From Mobula hypostoma (taxonomy: Eukaryota): a stretch of 64,000 bases of DNA. A program made the position numbers and the translations under genes. Positions 61,336 through 64,000 of this stretch are shown here, in pieces; the first letter of the stretch is position 1; each line of letters begins with the position of its first letter. The notes under the pieces were generated by a model. The model was not told the origin of the DNA, ran no database searches, and saw only the letters and a program-made list of their open reading frames with translations. The stretch is taken from NCBI RefSeq assembly GCF_963921235.1, contig NW_026948199.1, positions 62,001 through 126,000 of the forward strand, given 5' to 3'.

Positions 61336-63754
61336 TGTTGCGGAATTACCTGGGGCGTGAGATTGTTCTGAGCCAGCTCTGACTCAATGGGCCGAATGGC
61401 CACCCGGAATTATTCACTGGTTGTCCGTCACCGTCACCCCTAAAAGCTCCCCTGTCAAGAACAGGGAGGAAGACTCACAACACGCTGGAGGAATGCAGCA
61501 GGTCGGGCAGCATCCATGGAAACGATGAGTCGACGTTTCGGGCCGGAACCCTTCGTCGATCCATCCCAGTCGTCATGGGGGAGGTGTTCCCGAGGCACCA
61601 TCGTGTAGAGATTTCTGTGACTTAGTCACGGCAACAGTAAAAGCCGTCTAAATGTACCTTCCAGTCAGGAGAGGGGAGGGGGACCTGCGGGCCGTGGGAT
61701 CCGCCTTGTTCTTCCGTCTGCAGACTCGGCCCACGTGATTACCAGGCTACTGAGGGGGAGTGGGATGGGGAGAGAGGGAGGTGGTGGAGGGACCTGCAGT
61801 GACTGAGGTTGGCGATGGAGGGTAGGACGAGAGTACTGAGGGTATTCACCAGGACGGAGACTTATGTTACGGGGGGCAGGCTGGGACTGCTTGCTCGGAA
61901 GCGAAGGATGCTGAGCGGTGAGCAGCCAGAGACATATACACGTTAGATAGAGTCCTTCTCCTGATGTGGGTAGATTTAGGAGAATCTTTCTCAAGCAGTG
62001 GTGAGTTTCTCACTGTCTGCTGTTACATCAGACTGGACCAGGAGTATTGGAATGGGTTTCTTACTCGCACCTGCACTGAGGTACGGTGAAAAGTTTGTCT
62101 CAGACTGTCCATACAGGTCAGATTGTTACACAGGTAGGAACAAGCTAAGGCAAGGGTGAGCCTGGTGGCGTGTTCGTTCAGGCTTCTGTACCTTCTGCCC
62201 AGTGGGAGAGGAGGAGAGAGAATGTCTGTGGTGGGAGGGGGTCTCTGATTAAGCTGGCTGCTTTACTGAGGCAGGTGTAGTTAGAGTCCGTGGAGGGGAG
62301 GCTGGTTTCACCGCACTAAACATACCAGATCCTGAGGAGATGCGACAAGGGAGATATGTTTCCACCAGCCAGAGAGCATCAAATGAGAGGTTAGACTCAC
62401 GAAGAAAGGGTCAGGTCTTTTAAAATTGCAGGGAGGAGGCACCTCTCCTCGTAGAGGGTACTGGATCTTGGAATTCTCTGCCCTGGGGATCGGTGGAAGC
62501 CAGTGTTTAAAGAGGGAAAGATCGGAATGCTGAGGCCTGGCGTGGATGAGCGAACGAGCCTTGGGGCAGATCAGCCATAGTCATATTGAATACCAGGGCA
62601 GGGCAGGCTTGAGGGCTCCCCTTTGTTCCTGTTTTGTTGTGATCGGAGGTGGGAAGGGAGCAGCGAGAGGTGAAAAGGAGAACCCCAAAAGAATGAACAA
62701 CAGAAAAATGTCAGTACCCCAAAGCCCCCTCTCCCACCTCCCCCCCCACACAAGCAGCAACAAAGCAAAAACCCTCCCGCTCCCCCACCCATTTCAGCAT
62801 CCACCAGCCACCAAGGAGAGACCACGATCTGCAGGCAACAAAAACTATTGCTTACCCAAGAGTTCAATAAGCCACAGACTCCCTCTCTCTCACTAACAAG
62901 TCCCTCTGTAATAGTCCATTAAGCTCCAACAGATTGTTCAAATATCCCATCGAATAAGTGGTTTCACTGCTTCTAACACTTTCTCAGTATGTATTCCCCC
63001 TACAAAACACTAGTTAGGCCGCACTCGGAGCACTGCGTACAGCTCTGGCCACCACATTGGCTTGGAGACGCTGCCGAGGAATTCCATGGATTTGAGGACT
63101 TTAGTTATGAGGAGAGGATTGGTAGGGACTATTTTCCCTCAAGCGAAGGAGGCAGCGTGCTGGGGGATATTGATAAGGTAGATAGTCAGAATCTTTTTCC
63201 CTTCATGTGCAGCGTCGTATGACGTGGGCAATCACAGTCTTATCCATGACCATGAAAGTTCCTGACAAATTTTTCACTCTGGGCTGTGTCTTTACAAGAT
63301 GGGTGCCCCCCCCCCCAGCCACTATCAAGGCTCTTCAGAGATTGTCTGCCTGGCGTCAGTGGTCACATAATCAGGAACTTGTGACATGCACCGTCTGCTC
63401 ATACGACCATCCACCATCTGTTCCCATGGCTTCGTGTGACCCTGATTGGGGGGCAGGTGCTACACCTTACCCAAAGGAAACCTGCAGGCTAGTGGAGGGA
63501 AGGAGCACCTCACACCTCCCTTCACCCTTTCCCCTCATTGGGGTATCAAAAATAAAGTGAGATTTTGAGGGGAAGGGTTCTCTTTTGCACAGAGGGGGTG
63601 ATATCTGGGATGTGCTCCGAGAAGAAGTGGTGGAACCAGATCAAAGCGTGCATCTTAGAGATGTTTGAACAGACACTTGGCAGTGTGTAGATAGGATGCT
63701 AGTGCCGGTAAATTGGATTAGTTCAAAGAAACTTTATTATCAAAGTACACATGC

Positions 63755-64000
63755 CTACTGCCCGTTTCACCACTGGTGTTCAGGGCAGCATTGAAGGTCC
63801 TCCATCTCTGGCGGTGTCAGGGTTTCCTTCGTCGTGTCGATAGCTTCCTCTCGGCTTTCACTGCTGTCAGCCACGCAAGTCCCGGGTGGAGACTCAGGAA
63901 TACCGTCACACAGATGTAGAAGGATTCTTCATTGTTTCTGTAACCGTTTTGCTTGACCGGTCAGGGTCGTTAGCCCTGAGCTGAACCCCTAAACCTGGAG
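63755..64000 (-). mobile_element. Non-autonomous RTE-type element (5' UTR joined to 3' end); another RTE-like remnant at ~63210-63520
   Basis: Minus strand CTCCAGGTTTAGGGGTTCAGCTCAGGGCTAACGACCC..GTTACAGAAAC (RTE 5' UTR-like), followed closely by RWRTF.AAL (RTE C-terminus-like). Confidence 0.55.

Overview
Repeat-dense vertebrate genomic DNA, most likely from a cartilaginous fish (ray or shark). This is inferred from the mix of CR1, Rex1/Babar, Penelope and HE1/V-SINE-like repeats. Left part (1-27.7 kb): a nest of transposable elements. It holds a near-complete CsRn1-type Gypsy LTR retrotransposon (2755-7071), an L1/Tx1 ORF2, a full-length CR1 with three nested insertions, and Penelope elements carrying minimal hammerhead-ribozyme motifs. 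Between these younger insertions lie collinear fragments of a very old plus-strand endogenous retrovirus: a tRNA-Arg-like PBS, RT/RNase H/integrase, and an env of class III / snakehead-retrovirus-like or lokiretrovirus type. Right part (28-64 kb): GC-rich and rich in minisatellites. It carries a spliced minus-strand gene missed by the ORF track, with four coding exons (47537-47471, 44211-44099, 37438-37251, 34803-34569). These give a 200-aa BANP-like protein that keeps the BANP N-terminus and coiled coil but has no BEN DNA-binding domain. Its CpG-island promoter (~56.3-57.1 kb) contains two near-consensus BANP (TCTCGCGAGA) motifs. A second CpG promoter-like region lies at ~30 kb. There is an assembly gap at 60347-61100. 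All homology calls come from motif recognition by eye; no searches were run.
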